Shown: positions 1 to 12,102, counted from the first letter of the stretch. The stretch: 64,000 nucleotides of DNA from Escherichia coli (GCF_002854065.1 NZ_CP024147.1), one strand, 5' to 3'. Program-made: numbers and translations. The notes: generated by a model from the sequence alone, not told the origin.

Positions 1-695
1 ATCAGGGATTTTATTTCGCTGTTTTTCCAAGCGTCGGTGGTCGCCAGTTCGAAGCTGATAATATCGATCAGATGGAAGCGGTTGGGCGTTATTTAGGGCG
101 TATGCACCAGACGGGGCGCAAACAGCTTTTTATCCATCGCCCGACCATCGGTCTGAATGAATATCTCATTGAGCCACGCAAGCTGTTTGAGGACGCTACA
201 CTGATACCTTCCGGGTTGAAAGCGGCATTCCTGAAAGCGACAGATGAGCTGATCGCCGCCGTTACAGCACACTGGCGGGAAGATTTCACCGTTCTGCGGC
301 TACATGGAGACTGCCACGCCGGGAATATTCTCTGGCGCGATGGTCCAATGTTTGTTGATCTGGATGATGCACGTAATGGTCCAGCTATTCAGGATTTGTG
401 GATGTTGCTCAATGGCGATAAAGCCGAGCAGCGGATGCAACTGGAAACTATTATTGAAGCTTATGAAGAATTTAGCGAGTTCGACACCGCTGAAATCGGA
501 CTGATTGAACCTTTACGCGCCATGCGTTTGGTTTATTATCTTGCCTGGCTAATGCGGCGTTGGGCTGATCCCGCGTTCCCGAAAAATTTCCCGTGGTTAA
601 CCGGGGAAGATTACTGGCTACGACAGACGGCGACTTTTATAGAACAGGCAAAAGTTCTACAAGAACCCCCTTTGCAATTAACACCTATGTATTAA
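1..695 (+). CDS. srkA: Stress-response Ser/Thr kinase SrkA (YihE/RdoA), 5' end outside window
   Basis: ORF 72-695 translation matches YihE C-terminal region; frame is open to window start; lies immediately upstream of dsbA as in E. coli. Confidence 0.9.
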   Translation, partial: QGFYFAVFPSVGGRQFEADNIDQMEAVGRYLGRMHQTGRKQLFIHRPTIGLNEYLIEPRKLFEDATLIPSGLKAAFLKATDELIAAVTAHWREDFTVLRLHGDCHAGNILWRDGPMFVDLDDARNGPAIQDLWMLLNGDKAEQRMQLETIIEAYEEFSEFDTAEIGLIEPLRAMRLVYYLAWLMRRWADPAFPKNFPWLTGEDYWLRQTATFIEQAKVLQEPPLQLTPMY

Positions 696-711
696 TCGGA
701 GAGAGTAGATC

Positions 712-1338
712 ATGAAAAAGATTTGGCTGGCGCTGGCTGGTTTAGTTTTAGCGTTTAGCGCATCGGCGGCGCAGTATGAAGATGGTAAACAGTACACTAC
801 CCTGGAAAAACCGGTAGCTGGCGCGCCGCAAGTGCTGGAGTTTTTCTCTTTCTTCTGCCCGCACTGCTATCAGTTTGAAGAAGTTCTGCATATTTCTGAT
901 AATGTGAAGAAAAAACTGCCGGAAGGCGTGAAGATGACTAAATACCACGTCAACTTCATGGGTGGTGACCTGGGCAAAGATCTGACTCAGGCATGGGCTG
1001 TGGCGATGGCGCTGGGCGTGGAAGACAAAGTGACTGTTCCGCTGTTTGAAGGCGTACAGAAAACCCAGACCATTCGTTCTGCTTCTGATATCCGCGATGT
1101 ATTTATCAACGCAGGTATTAAAGGTGAAGAGTACGACGCGGCGTGGAACAGCTTCGTGGTGAAATCTCTGGTCGCTCAGCAGGAAAAAGCTGCAGCTGAC
1201 GTGCAATTGCGTGGTGTTCCGGCGATGTTTGTTAACGGTAAATATCAGCTGAATCCGCAGGGTATGGATACCAGCAATATGGATGTTTTTGTTCAGCAGT
1301 ATGCTGATACAGTGAAATATCTGTCCGAGAAAAAATAA
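712..1338 (+). CDS. dsbA: Periplasmic thiol:disulfide oxidoreductase DsbA
   Basis: 208-aa ORF with signal peptide and FCPHC active site; RBS GGAGAG upstream. Confidence 0.97.
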
Positions 1339-1356
1339 TTCAATGTAAATTACATA

Positions 1357-1388
1357 AAGCCCGTGAATATTCACGGGCTTTTTTTATT
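1357..1388 (+). terminator. Rho-independent terminator of dsbA
   Basis: GC hairpin aaagcccgtgaatattcacgggcttt followed by T-run. Confidence 0.8.
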
Positions 1389-1451
1389 ATTTAATAGGTG
1401 ATGCTGCCAACTTACTGATTTAGTGTATGATGGTGTTTTTGAGGTGCTCCA

Positions 1452-1727
1452 GTGGCTTCTGTTTCTATCAGCTGTCCCTCCTGTTCAGCTACTGACGGGG
1501 TGGTGCGTAACGGCAAAAGCACTGCCGGACATCAGCGCTATCTCTGCTCTCACTGCCGTAAAACATGGCAACTGCAGTTCACTTACACCGCTTCTCAACC
1601 CGGTACGCACCAGAAAATCATTGATATGGCCATGAATGGCGTTGGATGCCGGGCAACCGCCCGCATTATGGGCGTTGGCCTCAACACGATTTTCCGCCAT
1701 TTAAAAAACTCAGGCCGCAGTCGGTAA
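1452..1727 (+). CDS. insA: IS1 InsA (transposition repressor)
   Basis: 91-aa [19 protein letters not shown]... zinc-finger/HTH typical of InsA. Confidence 0.95.
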   Translation: MASVSISCPSCSATDGVVRNGKSTAGHQRYLCSHCRKTWQLQFTYTASQPGTHQKIIDMAMNGVGCRATARIMGVGLNTIFRHLKNSGRSR

Positions 1728-2149
1728 CCTCGCGCATACAGCCGGGCAGTGACGTCATCGTCTGCGCGGAAATGGACGAACAGTGGGGATACGTCGGGGC
1801 TAAATCGCGCCAGCGCTGGCTGTTTTACGCGTATGACAGGCTCCGGAAGACGGTTGTTGCGCACGTATTCGGTGAACGCACTATGGCGACGCTGGGGCGT
1901 CTTATGAGCCTGCTGTCACCCTTTGACGTGGTGATATGGATGACGGATGGCTGGCCGCTGTATGAATCCCGCCTGAAGGGAAAGCTGCACGTAATCAGCA
2001 AGCGATATACGCAGCGAATTGAGCGGCATAACCTGAATCTGAGGCAGCACCTGGCACGGCTGGGACGGAAGTCGCTGTCGTTCTCAAAATCGGTGGAGCT
2101 GCATGACAAAGTCATCGGGCATTATCTGAACATAAAACACTATCAATAA
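1646..2149 (+). CDS. insB: IS1 InsB (transposase catalytic part, expressed as InsAB' by -1 frameshift)
   Basis: 167-aa ORF in -1 frame relative to insA, overlapping its 3' end. Confidence 0.93.
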   Translation: MPGNRPHYGRWPQHDFPPFKKLRPQSVTSRIQPGSDVIVCAEMDEQWGYVGAKSRQRWLFYAYDRLRKTVVAHVFGERTMATLGRLMSLLSPFDVVIWMTDGWPLYESRLKGKLHVISKRYTQRIERHNLNLRQHLARLGRKSLSFSKSVELHDKVIGHYLNIKHYQ

Positions 2150-2164
2150 GTTGGAGTCATTACC

Positions 2165-2665
2165 GAGTTTTTCTCTTTCTTCTGCCCACACTGCTATCAG
2201 TTTGAAGAAGTTCTGCATATTTCTGATAATGTGAAGAAAAAACTGCCGGAAGGCGTGAAGATGACTAAATACCACGTCAACTTCATGGGTGGTGACCTGG
2301 GCAAAGATCTGACTCAGGCATGGGCTGTGGCGATGGCGCTGGGCGTGGAAGACAAAGTGACTGTTCCGCTGTTTGAAGGCGTACAGAAAACCCAGACCAT
2401 TCGTTCTGCTTCTGATATCCGCGATGTATTTATCAACGCAGGTATTAAAGGTGAAGAGTACGACGCGGCGTGGAACAGCTTCGTGGTGAAATCTCTGGTC
2501 GCTCAGCAGGAAAAAGCTGCAGCTGACGTGCAATTGCGTGGTGTTCCGGCGATGTTTGTTAACGGTAAATATCAGCTGAATCCGCAGGGTATGGATACCA
2601 GCAATATGGATGTTTTTGTTCAGCAGTATGCTGATACAGTGAAATATCTGTCCGAGAAAAAATAA
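2165..2665 (+). pseudogene. dsbA: Partial duplicate of dsbA (3' 501 nt, lacks start codon and signal peptide)
   Basis: Near-identical to window 838-1338 (one synonymous difference ccg/cca in CPHC codons); begins abruptly at IS1 right end. Confidence 0.9.
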
Positions 2666-2683
2666 TTCAATGTAAATTACATA

Positions 2684-2715
2684 AAGCCCGTGAATATTCA
2701 CGGGCTTTTTTTATT
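2684..2715 (+). terminator. Duplicated copy of dsbA terminator
   Basis: Same hairpin plus T-run as 1357-1388. Confidence 0.75.
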
Positions 2716-2819
2716 ATTTAATAAATATAAATACATTCTGATAATGCATCCTGCCGCTGGACATTATTTCAGCATAAGTGGATATTCAAAGTTTTGCTGT
2801 TTTATCAGGGAATATTTAT

Positions 2820-4250
2820 ATGATACGTAAGTCAGCTACAGGTGTTATTGTTGCGTTAGCCGTAATCTGGGGTGGTGGCACATGGTACACAGGTACGCAA
2901 ATTCAGCCTGGTGTCGAAAAATTTATTAAAGATTTTAACGATGCTAAAAAGAAAGGTGAACATGCCTACGATATGACGTTAAGTTATCAAAATTTTGACA
3001 AAGGCTTTTTTAATTCCCGTTTTCAAATGCAAATGACATTCGATAACGGTGCACCTGATCTCAATATCAAGCCAGGCCAGAAAGTTGTATTTGATGTGGA
3101 TGTTGAGCACGGTCCGTTGCCCATCACAATGTTAATGCATGGTAATGTCATCCCAGCACTGGCAGCGGCAAAAGTGAACTTAGTGAATAATGAACTGACA
3201 CAACCGCTATTTATCGCCGCGAAAAATAAATCGCCCGTGGAAGCGACATTGCGATTCGCGTTTGGTGGCTCATTCTCCACGACATTAGATGTTGCCCCTG
3301 CAGAGTATGGAAAATTCTCTTTTGGTGAAGGCCAGTTTACTTTTAATGGTGATGGTAGTTCATTGTCTAACCTGGATATTGAAGGCAAAGTCGAAGATAT
3401 TGTTCTGCAATTTTCACCAATGAACAAAGTAACGGCAAAAAGTTTTACCATTGATTCTCTGGCGCGATTAGAAGAAAAGAAATTTCCGGTTGGTGAAAGC
3501 GAGTCGAAATTTAATCAGATTAACATTATCAATCACGGGGAAGACGTTGCCCAAATCGATGCTTTCGTTGCAAAAACCAGGCTGGATCGCGTTAAAGACA
3601 AAGATTATATCAATGTCAATCTGACCTACGAACTTGATAAGTTAACAAAAGGGAATCAGCAACTCGGTAGTGGTGAGTGGTCATTGATTGCTGAATCTAT
3701 TGATCCCTCAGCAGTGCGCCAATTTATCATCCAGTATAACATTGCGATGCAGAAGCAGCTTGCTGCACACCCTGAATTAGCAAACGATGAAGTTGCTCTG
3801 CAAGAAGTGAATGCTGCATTGTTCAAAGAGTATTTACCGTTATTACAACAAAGTGAGCCGACCATTAAACAACCGGTAAGATGGAAGAACGCACTCGGCG
3901 AACTAAATGCCAATCTGGATATCAGTATTGCCGACCCAGCCAAATCTTCATCATCCACAAACAAAGATATCAAATCGCTCAATTTTGATGTGAAGTTACC
4001 GCTTAATGTCGTCACAGAAACCGCAAAACAGCTTAATTTATCTGAAGGAATGGATGCGGAAAAAGCGCAAAAGCAGGCTGATAAACAAATCAGCGGGATG
4101 ATGACATTAGGTCAGATGTTTCAGTTAATCACGATTGACAACAATACCGCCTCGCTGCAGCTGCGTTATACACCGGGTAAAGTTGTTTTTAACGGACAGG
4201 AGATGAGCGAAGAAGAATTTATGTCTCGTGCCGGACGTTTTGTTCATTAA
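2820..4250 (+). CDS. yihF: DUF945-family protein YihF
   Basis: Long ORF downstream of dsbA, N-terminal hydrophobic segment; start chosen at MIRKSATGV; position matches E. coli yihF. Confidence 0.85.
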   Translation: MIRKSATGVIVALAVIWGGGTWYTGTQIQPGVEKFIKDFNDAKKKGEHAYDMTLSYQNFDKGFFNSRFQMQMTFDNGAPDLNIKPGQKVVFDVDVEHGPLPITMLMHGNVIPALAAAKVNLVNNELTQPLFIAAKNKSPVEATLRFAFGGSFSTTLDVAPAEYGKFSFGEGQFTFNGDGSSLSNLDIEGKVEDIVLQFSPMNKVTAKSFTIDSLARLEEKKFPVGESESKFNQINIINHGEDVAQIDAFVAKTRLDRVKDKDYINVNLTYELDKLTKGNQQLGSGEWSLIAESIDPSAVRQFIIQYNIAMQKQLAAHPELANDEVALQEVNAALFKEYLPLLQQSEPTIKQPVRWKNALGELNANLDISIADPAKSSSSTNKDIKSLNFDVKLPLNVVTETAKQLNLSEGMDAEKAQKQADKQISGMMTLGQMFQLITIDNNTASLQLRYTPGKVVFNGQEMSEEEFMSRAGRFVH

Positions 4251-4290
4251 AATACTCACTCGCCTCTGCTCATTCAGAGGCGAGCAAAAT

Positions 4291-5223
4291 TTACTTGTCC
4301 TGCCGCTGTGATGACATCAACGACGTCAGAAGTCGGTCTTTTTCCTGCCACAATGAGTTCAGCCATTGCTGAAAATGGCGCTTAAAGCTTTTGTCATTGA
4401 TGTAGTCGCCATGTAACTCATCGGCAATAGGCTGTAAATCCACATGTACGACAATCCGCGTCAGTTTACCGCTTAACATATCGAAGAACGGCTGACGGTT
4501 ATTGTCCGGATAACACAACGTAACATTAAGCAGTTTATCGAATTGTTTACCCAGTACATTTAGCGCCATCGCAATGCCTGCCGCCTTTGGTGGCAACAAG
4601 TTTTGGAAAGTGGAGTGGGTTTGCTGATGTTTTTCTTGCGTGAAACGGGAGCCTTCAACGAAATTGACAATGGTGGTGGGATGCAGGCGAAACTTTTCAC
4701 AAGAACGCCGAGTGGTTTCAACATCTTTACCACGTCGCTCCGGATGACGTAATAAATAAGCGCGGGAATAACGCTTCATAAACGGCATATCCAGCGCCCA
4801 GCACGCCAGGCCAAGAAATGGCACCCAGGCCAGCTGTTGCTTGAGGAAATATTTATTCATCGGAATGTGCTTACGAAACAGCACGCACAGTACGACAATA
4901 TCTGCCCAACTACGGTGGTTACAAATAAGCAGATACCAGTTCTTCTTACTTAACCCTTCCAGCCCGTGAACTTCCCATTGCAGGTGTGGGTTCAGATGCA
5001 GTAATACCGCCAGACCTTCACACCAGCAATACATCATAAAATCACAAAAACGCGAAACCTTTCGCCAAATGACTGGCACAGGTAGCAATAGTTTTACAAT
5101 CCCGGCAATGATGATCGGGACGGAGCAAAAAATAGTGACCAAAATGGTCAATACGATACTCAGCAAAAGGGTTATCGCAGCGAGTATTCTCGTCATAATG
5201 AATTTATTCAAAAGGTTAGCCAT
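4291..5223 (-). CDS. yihG: Putative acyltransferase YihG (PlsC-like)
   Basis: ORF with N-terminal TM segments and NHRSWADIV acyltransferase motif; start chosen at MANLLNKF. Confidence 0.85.
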   Translation of the reverse strand: MANLLNKFIMTRILAAITLLLSIVLTILVTIFCSVPIIIAGIVKLLLPVPVIWRKVSRFCDFMMYCWCEGLAVLLHLNPHLQWEVHGLEGLSKKNWYLLICNHRSWADIVVLCVLFRKHIPMNKYFLKQQLAWVPFLGLACWALDMPFMKRYSRAYLLRHPERRGKDVETTRRSCEKFRLHPTTIVNFVEGSRFTQEKHQQTHSTFQNLLPPKAAGIAMALNVLGKQFDKLLNVTLCYPDNNRQPFFDMLSGKLTRIVVHVDLQPIADELHGDYINDKSFKRHFQQWLNSLWQEKDRLLTSLMSSQRQDK

Positions 5224-5586
5224 AGACAGTGCGCTAAAGAAGCGCAAGGCGCAGATTTTAGCAGAAAACGACCCAAATAACGGATGATCCTTAAGGAGAA
5301 AAATAATTCATATCTATCCACATTAGAAAAAATCCCATTATCTCAATTATTAGGGATGGCTTTATTTTTAACTGCATGAAAAACAAAGACAAACATCATG
5401 CTGTAAAAAGCATGATAATAAATTAAAAGCGATGTAAATAATTTATGCACAAAGTTATCCACATGACGATTTGCGAGCGATCCAGAAGATCTACAAAAGA
5501 TTTTCACGAAAAGCGGTGAAAAACTCATGTTTTTATCCTGTCTGTGGCATCCTTTACCCATAATCTGATAAACAGGCACGGACATT

Positions 5587-8373
5587 ATGGTTCAGATCCC
5601 CCAAAATCCACTTATCCTTGTAGATGGTTCATCTTATCTTTATCGCGCATATCACGCGTTTCCTCCGCTGACTAACAGCGCAGGCGAGCCGACCGGTGCG
5701 ATGTATGGTGTCCTCAACATGCTGCGCAGTCTGATCATGCAATATAAACCGACGCATGCAGCGGTGGTCTTTGACGCCAAGGGAAAAACCTTTCGTGATG
5801 AACTGTTTGAACATTACAAATCACATCGCCCGCCAATGCCGGACGATCTGCGTGCACAAATCGAACCCTTGCACGCGATGGTTAAAGCGATGGGACTGCC
5901 GCTGCTGGCGGTTTCTGGCGTAGAAGCGGACGACGTTATCGGTACTCTGGCGCGCGAAGCCGAAAAAGCCGGGCGTCCGGTGCTGATCAGCACTGGCGAT
6001 AAAGATATGGCGCAGCTGGTGACGCCAAATATTACGCTTATCAATACCATGACGAATACCATCCTCGGACCGGAAGAGGTGGTGAATAAGTACGGCGTGC
6101 CGCCAGAACTGATCATCGATTTCCTGGCGCTGATGGGTGACTCCTCTGATAACATTCCTGGCGTACCGGGCGTCGGTGAAAAAACCGCGCAGGCATTGCT
6201 GCAAGGTCTTGGCGGGCTGGATACGCTGTATGCCGAGCCAGAAAAAATTGCTGGGTTGAGCTTCCGTGGCGCGAAAACAATGGCAGCGAAGCTCGAGCAA
6301 AACAAAGAAGTTGCTTATCTCTCATACCAGCTGGCGACGATTAAAACCGACGTTGAACTGGAGCTGACCTGTGAACAACTGGAAGTGCAGCAACCGGCAG
6401 CGGAAGAGTTGTTGGGGCTGTTCAAAAAGTATGAGTTCAAACGCTGGACTGCTGATGTCGAAGCGGGCAAATGGTTACAGGCCAAAGGGGCAAAACCCGC
6501 CGCGAAGCCACAGGAAACCAGTGTTGCAGACGAAGCACCAGAAGTGACGGCAACGGTGATTTCTTATGACAACTACGTCACCATCCTTGATGAAGAAACA
6601 CTGAAAGCGTGGATTGCGAAGCTGGAAAAAGCGCCGGTATTTGCATTTGATACCGAAACCGACAGCCTTGATAACATCTCTGCTAACCTGGTCGGGCTTT
6701 CTTTTGCTATCGAGCCAGGCGTAGCGGCATATATTCCGGTTGCTCATGATTATCTTGATGCGCCCGATCAAATCTCTCGCGAGCGTGCACTCGAGTTGCT
6801 AAAACCGCTGCTGGAAGATGAAAAGGCGCTGAAGGTCGGGCAAAACCTGAAATACGATCGCGGTATTCTGGCGAATTACGGCATTGAGCTGCGTGGGATT
6901 GCGTTTGATACCATGCTGGAGTCCTACATTCTCAATAGCGTTGCTGGCCGTCACGATATGGACAGCCTCGCAGAACGTTGGTTGAAGCACAAAACCATCA
7001 CTTTTGAAGAGATTGCGGGTAAAGGCAAAAATCAACTGACCTTTAACCAGATTGCCCTCGAAGAGGCCGGACGTTACGCCGCCGAAGATGCAGATGTCAC
7101 CTTGCAGTTGCATCTGAAAATGTGGCCGGATCTGCAAAAACACAAAGGGCCGTTGAACGTCTTCGAGAATATCGAAATGCCGCTGGTGCCGGTGCTTTCA
7201 CGCATTGAACGTAACGGTGTGAAGATCGATCCGAAAGTGCTGCACAATCATTCTGAAGAGCTTACCTTGCGTCTGGCTGAGCTGGAAAAGAAAGCGCATG
7301 AAATTGCAGGTGAGGAATTTAACCTTTCTTCCACCAAGCAGTTACAAACCATTCTGTTTGAAAAACAGGGCATTAAACCGCTGAAGAAAACGCCGGGTGG
7401 CGCGCCGTCAACGTCGGAAGAGGTACTGGAAGAACTGGCGCTGGACTATCCGTTGCCAAAAGTGATTCTGGAGTATCGTGGTCTGGCGAAGCTGAAATCG
7501 ACCTACACCGACAAGCTGCCGCTGATGATCAACCCGAAAACCGGGCGTGTGCATACCTCTTATCACCAGGCAGTAACTGCAACGGGACGTTTATCGTCAA
7601 CCGATCCTAACCTGCAAAACATTCCGGTACGTAACGAAGAAGGTCGCCGTATCCGCCAGGCGTTTATTGCGCCAGAGGATTATGTGATTGTCTCAGCGGA
7701 CTACTCGCAGATTGAACTGCGCATTATGGCGCATCTCTCGCGTGACAAAGGCTTGCTGACCGCATTCGCGGAAGGAAAAGATATCCACCGGGCAACGGCG
7801 GCAGAAGTGTTTGGTTTGCCACTGGAAACCGTCACCAGCGAGCAACGCCGTAGCGCGAAAGCGATCAACTTTGGTCTGATTTATGGCATGAGTGCTTTCG
7901 GTCTGGCGCGGCAATTGAACATTCCACGTAAAGAAGCGCAGAAGTACATGGACCTTTACTTCGAACGCTACCCTGGCGTGCTGGAGTATATGGAACGCAC
8001 CCGTGCTCAGGCGAAAGAGCAGGGCTACGTTGAAACGCTGGACGGACGCCGTCTGTATCTGCCGGATATCAAATCCAGCAATGGTGCTCGTCGTGCAGCG
8101 GCTGAACGTGCAGCCATTAACGCGCCAATGCAGGGAACCGCCGCCGACATTATCAAACGGGCGATGATTGCCGTTGATGCGTGGTTACAGGCTGAGCAAC
8201 CGCGTGTACGTATGATCATGCAGGTACACGATGAACTGGTATTTGAAGTCCATAAAGATGATGTCGATGCCGTCGCGAAGCAGATTCATCAACTGATGGA
8301 AAACTGTACCCGTCTGGATGTGCCGTTGCTGGTGGAAGTGGGGAGTGGCGAAAACTGGGATCAGGCGCACTAA
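5587..8373 (+). CDS. polA: DNA polymerase I
   Basis: 928-aa ORF with 5'-3' exonuclease, 3'-5' exonuclease and polymerase motifs; DnaA-box-like ttatccaca in upstream region. Confidence 0.98.
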
Positions 8374-8520
8374 GATTCGCCTGAACATGCCCTTTTTTCG
8401 TAAGTAAGCAACATAAGCTGTCACGTTTTGTGATGGCTATTAGAAATTCCTATGCAACAACTGAAAAAAAATTACAAAAAGTGCTTTCTGAACTGAACAA
8501 AAAAGAGTAAAGTTAGTCGC

Positions 8521-8629
8521 GTAGGGTACAGAGGTAAGATGTTCTATCTTTCAGACCTTTTACTTCACGTAATCGGATTTGGCTGAATATTTTAGCCGCC
8601 CCAGTCAGTAATGACTGGGGCGTTTTTTA
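8521..8629 (+). ncRNA. spf: Spot 42 small RNA
   Basis: Sequence gtagggtacagaggtaagatgttctatctttcagacc...gccccagtcagtaatgactggggcgtttttta matches Spot 42 including its terminator. Confidence 0.93.
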
Positions 8630-8650
8630 TTGGGCGAAAGAAAAAATCCG

Positions 8651-8740
8651 CAATGCCTGATGCGCCATGTTTATCAGGCCAACGGTAGAATTGTAATCTA
8701 TTGAATTTACGGGCCGGATACGCCACATCCGGCACAAGCA
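8651..8740. repeat. REP (repetitive extragenic palindromic) elements
   Basis: gcctgatgcgc...cttatcaggcc and gccggata...catccggc palindromic units. Confidence 0.8.
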
Positions 8741-8754
8741 TTAAGGCAAGAAAA

Positions 8755-9387
8755 TTATTCGCCGTCCTGCGTTTCTTCTACAGGCTGCATCTCGCTAAAC
8801 CAGGTATCCAGTTTCTGCCGCAGCTTGTCCACGCCTTGTTTCTTCAGCGAAGAAAACGTTTCAACCTGCACATCACCGTTAAACGCCAGCACCGCTTCAC
8901 GCACCATATTCAATTGCGCTTTACGTGCGCTACTTGCCAGTTTGTCCGCTTTGGTCAGCAGTACCAACACGGCGATATTGCTGTCTACCGCCCACTCAAT
9001 CATCTGCTGATCCAAATCTTTCAGCGGATGGCGAATATCCATTAGCACTACCAGACCTTGTAGGCTCTGACGTTTTTCGAGGTACTCGCCGAGCGCGCGC
9101 TGCCATTTGCGCTTCATCTCTTCCGGGACTTCCGCATAACCGTACCCAGGCAAGTCAACCAGACGCTTGCCGTCAGCCACTTCAAACAGGTTGATAAGCT
9201 GGGTGCGTCCTGGGGTTTTTGAGGTACGAGCCAGGCTTTTCTGGTTAGTCAGCGTGTTCAGCGCGCTGGATTTACCTGCGTTGGAACGGCCTGCAAAAGC
9301 CACTTCAATTCCGGTATCGGAAGGTAGGTGGCGAATATCAGGCGCACTCATCACAAAATGCGTCTGTTGATAATTCAAATTAGTCAA
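8755..9387 (-). CDS. engB: Ribosome biogenesis GTPase EngB (YihA)
   Basis: 210-aa ORF with [10 protein letters not shown]-loop and G-domain motifs. Confidence 0.95.
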   Translation of the reverse strand: MTNLNYQQTHFVMSAPDIRHLPSDTGIEVAFAGRSNAGKSSALNTLTNQKSLARTSKTPGRTQLINLFEVADGKRLVDLPGYGYAEVPEEMKRKWQRALGEYLEKRQSLQGLVVLMDIRHPLKDLDQQMIEWAVDSNIAVLVLLTKADKLASSARKAQLNMVREAVLAFNGDVQVETFSSLKKQGVDKLRQKLDTWFSEMQPVEETQDGE

Positions 9388-9657
9388 AGCGGTCGTCTCC
9401 GTCAGTCAAAGCTTTGTGGCGATTATACCTGAACCATAATAAAAGGCGGATTTTTCGGCGTGAGCGTTGTAAGTAAAAGCCATACGCTTTGTGAGACATT
9501 GCCGATAGTCTTTATGCGAAATAGCAGAGAAAATTCTGCGATGCATGTCAAATAAGCTATATAAATCAGTGAATTGCTTTTATATAAAACTCTGAAAATG
9601 TGCAAATACTGATGGCGGTTGATTGTTTGTTTAAAGCAAAGGCGTAAAGTAACACCC

Positions 9658-9900
9658 ATAGAGCGAGGACGCTAACAGGAACAATGACTCAGGATGAGGG
9701 TCAGGAGCGCCAGGAGGCGAAGACAGAGGATTGTCAGGAAGACAAACGTCCGGAGACGTAATTAAACGGAAATGGAATCAACACGGATTGTTCCGGCTAA
9801 TGGAAAAACAGGGTGTGTTGGCGGCCTGCAAGGATTGTAAGACCCGTTAAGGGTTATGAGTCAGGAAAAAAGGCGACAGAGTAATCTGTCGCCTTTTTTC
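9658..9900 (+). ncRNA. csrC: CsrC small RNA (CsrA-sequestering)
   Basis: About 245 nt with many GGA/AGGA motifs, ending in hairpin aaggcgacagagtaatctgtcgcc plus T-run; located between engB and yihI. Confidence 0.85.
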
Positions 9901-9968
9901 TTTGCTTGCTTTCTGTTAGATTCCGCCGCAAATCTATACTGAATAAAACGGCTAAAAGACGAACCATT

Positions 9969-10475
9969 ATGAAACCATCTTCACCATCACGCAGCAAAGG
10001 TCATGCAAAAGCGCGTCGCAAAACGCGCGAAGAGCTGAATCAGGAAGCTCGTGACCGCAAGCGTCAGAAAAAACGTCGTGGTCATGCGCCGGGCAGCCGC
10101 GCAGCGGGCGGTAACACCACGTCAGGCAGCAAAGGCCAGAACGCACCAAAAGATCCACGTATTGGCAGTAAAACCCCTATTCCATTGGGCGTGACTGAAA
10201 AAGTCACCAAACAGCACAAACCGAAGAGTGAGAAACCTATGCTTTCACCGCAGGCGGAGTTGGAATTACTGGAAACGGATGAGCGTCTGGATGCGCTGCT
10301 GGAACGTCTGGAAGCAGGCGAAACCCTGAGTGCCGAAGAGCAATCCTGGGTGGATGCTAAACTGGATCGTATTGATGAGTTGATGCAGAAACTCGGCCTC
10401 TCTTATGACGATGACGAAGAAGAGGAAGAAGACGAGAAGCAAGAAGACATGATGCGTCTGCTGCGGGGCAACTAA
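9969..10475 (+). CDS. yihI: Der GTPase-activating protein YihI
   Basis: Basic N-terminus [18 protein letters not shown], acidic C-terminus. Confidence 0.92.
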   Translation: MKPSSPSRSKGHAKARRKTREELNQEARDRKRQKKRRGHAPGSRAAGGNTTSGSKGQNAPKDPRIGSKTPIPLGVTEKVTKQHKPKSEKPMLSPQAELELLETDERLDALLERLEAGETLSAEEQSWVDAKLDRIDELMQKLGLSYDDDEEEEEDEKQEDMMRLLRGN

Positions 10476-10663
10476 CGGATTGCCGCCGTGGGCCTTCCCG
10501 TTCTGCTGATAACCCTTCCGGTTATATGTTATCTGGTGTGGTTATTCGTTAAACTACAGCGGTTGTCGCGGCGACAAAAGTGGCTGCGCAACCGGCTGAT
10601 GACCCGAAACGGGCATCCGCCGGTACGCCGTAGCCGCCAGAGACGCCATCGGAAGGAGTGAGC

Positions 10664-12037
10664 ATGTCTGTACAGCAAATCGACTGGGATCTGGCCCTGA
10701 TCCAGAAATATAACTATTCCGGGCCACGATACACCTCGTACCCGACCGCGCTGGAGTTTTCAGAAGACTTCGGCGAACAGGCGTTTTTACAAGCCGTGGC
10801 GCGCTATCCTGAGCGTCCATTATCTCTCTACGTACATATCCCGTTCTGCCATAAGCTTTGTTACTTCTGCGGTTGCAATAAGATTGTTACTCGCCAGCAG
10901 CACAAGGCCGATCAGTATCTGGACGCGCTGGAGCAAGAAATCGTCCATCGTGCACCGCTGTTCGCCGGGCGTCACGTCAGCCAGCTGCACTGGGGCGGTG
11001 GAACGCCGACGTATCTGAATAAAGCGCAAATCAGCCGCCTGATGAAGCTGCTGCGCGAAAACTTCCAGTTCAATGCCGATGCGGAGATTTCGATCGAAGT
11101 CGATCCGCGGGAAATCGAACTGGATGTACTCGATCATTTACGCGCCGAAGGCTTTAATCGCCTGAGCATGGGCGTGCAGGACTTCAACAAAGAAGTGCAA
11201 CGTCTGGTTAACCGCGAGCAGGATGAAGAGTTCATCTTTGCACTGCTTAACCATGCGCGTGAGATTGGTTTTACCTCCACCAACATCGACCTGATTTACG
11301 GCCTGCCGAAACAGACGACGGAGAGTTTCGCCTTTACCCTGAAACGTGTGGCGGAGCTGAACCCCGATCGTCTGAGTGTCTTTAACTACGCGCATCTGCC
11401 GACCATTTTTGCTGCTCAGCGCAAAATCAAAGATGCTGACCTGCCGAGTCCGCAGCAAAAACTCGATATCCTGCAGGAAACCATCGCCTTCCTGACGCAA
11501 TCGGGCTATCAGTTTATCGGTATGGATCACTTTGCCCGTCCGGATGACGAGCTGGCAGTGGCCCAGCGTGAAGGCGTGCTGCATCGTAACTTCCAGGGCT
11601 ACACCACTCAGGGCGATACCGATCTGCTGGGGATGGGCGTTTCCGCTATCAGCATGATTGGCGACTGCTACGCGCAGAACCAGAAAGAGTTGAAGCAGTA
11701 CTATCAGCAAGTGGATGAACAAGGCAATGCGCTGTGGCGTGGTATTGCGCTAACGCGTGATGACTGTATTCGCCGCGATGTGATTAAGTCGCTCATCTGC
11801 AACTTCCGTCTGGATTACGCCCCTATTGAGAAACAGTGGGATTTGCACTTCGCTGATTACTTTGCGGAAGATCTCAAGCTGCTCGCCCCGTTAGCAAAAG
11901 ATGGGCTGGTGGATGTGGATGAGAAGGGAATACAGGTTACGGCGAAAGGTCGCTTGCTGATCCGCAACATTTGCATGTGCTTTGATACCTATCTGCGCCA
12001 GAAAGCGCGGATGCAGCAGTTCTCTCGGGTGATTTAA
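10664..12037 (+). CDS. hemN: Oxygen-independent coproporphyrinogen III oxidase (radical SAM)
   Basis: 457-aa ORF with CxxxCxxC radical-SAM motif (CHKLCYFCGC). Confidence 0.96.
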   Translation: MSVQQIDWDLALIQKYNYSGPRYTSYPTALEFSEDFGEQAFLQAVARYPERPLSLYVHIPFCHKLCYFCGCNKIVTRQQHKADQYLDALEQEIVHRAPLFAGRHVSQLHWGGGTPTYLNKAQISRLMKLLRENFQFNADAEISIEVDPREIELDVLDHLRAEGFNRLSMGVQDFNKEVQRLVNREQDEEFIFALLNHAREIGFTSTNIDLIYGLPKQTTESFAFTLKRVAELNPDRLSVFNYAHLPTIFAAQRKIKDADLPSPQQKLDILQETIAFLTQSGYQFIGMDHFARPDDELAVAQREGVLHRNFQGYTTQGDTDLLGMGVSAISMIGDCYAQNQKELKQYYQQVDEQGNALWRGIALTRDDCIRRDVIKSLICNFRLDYAPIEKQWDLHFADYFAEDLKLLAPLAKDGLVDVDEKGIQVTAKGRLLIRNICMCFDTYLRQKARMQQFSRVI

Positions 12038-12102
12038 ATAGTGAATGGCGCTTCGTTTACAAAGTAGAAAACGAAAGCGCCATCAATGTGCTGAGAACAA
12101 GA

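Larger units (their letters stand above)
1397..2164 (+). mobile_element. IS1 insertion sequence, copy 1 (768 bp)
   Basis: Canonical IS1 ends ggtgatgctgccaacttactgat ... aagttggagtcattacc; encodes InsA and InsB; no flanking direct repeat. Confidence 0.97.

Noticed and set aside
748-1374. 208-aa ORF on minus strand opposite dsbA (and identical copy at 2084-2701)
   Set aside because: Antisense shadow ORF fully overlapping a well-supported gene; no RBS or homology expected.
1485-1864. Minus-strand ORFs inside IS1 (71 aa and 89 aa; repeated in every copy)
   Set aside because: Antisense to insA/insB within a well-characterised element; known artefacts.
2231-2665. Second dsbA copy as a functional paralog
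   Set aside because: Lacks signal peptide, native start and promoter; begins at the IS1 boundary; best interpreted as a duplicated fragment.
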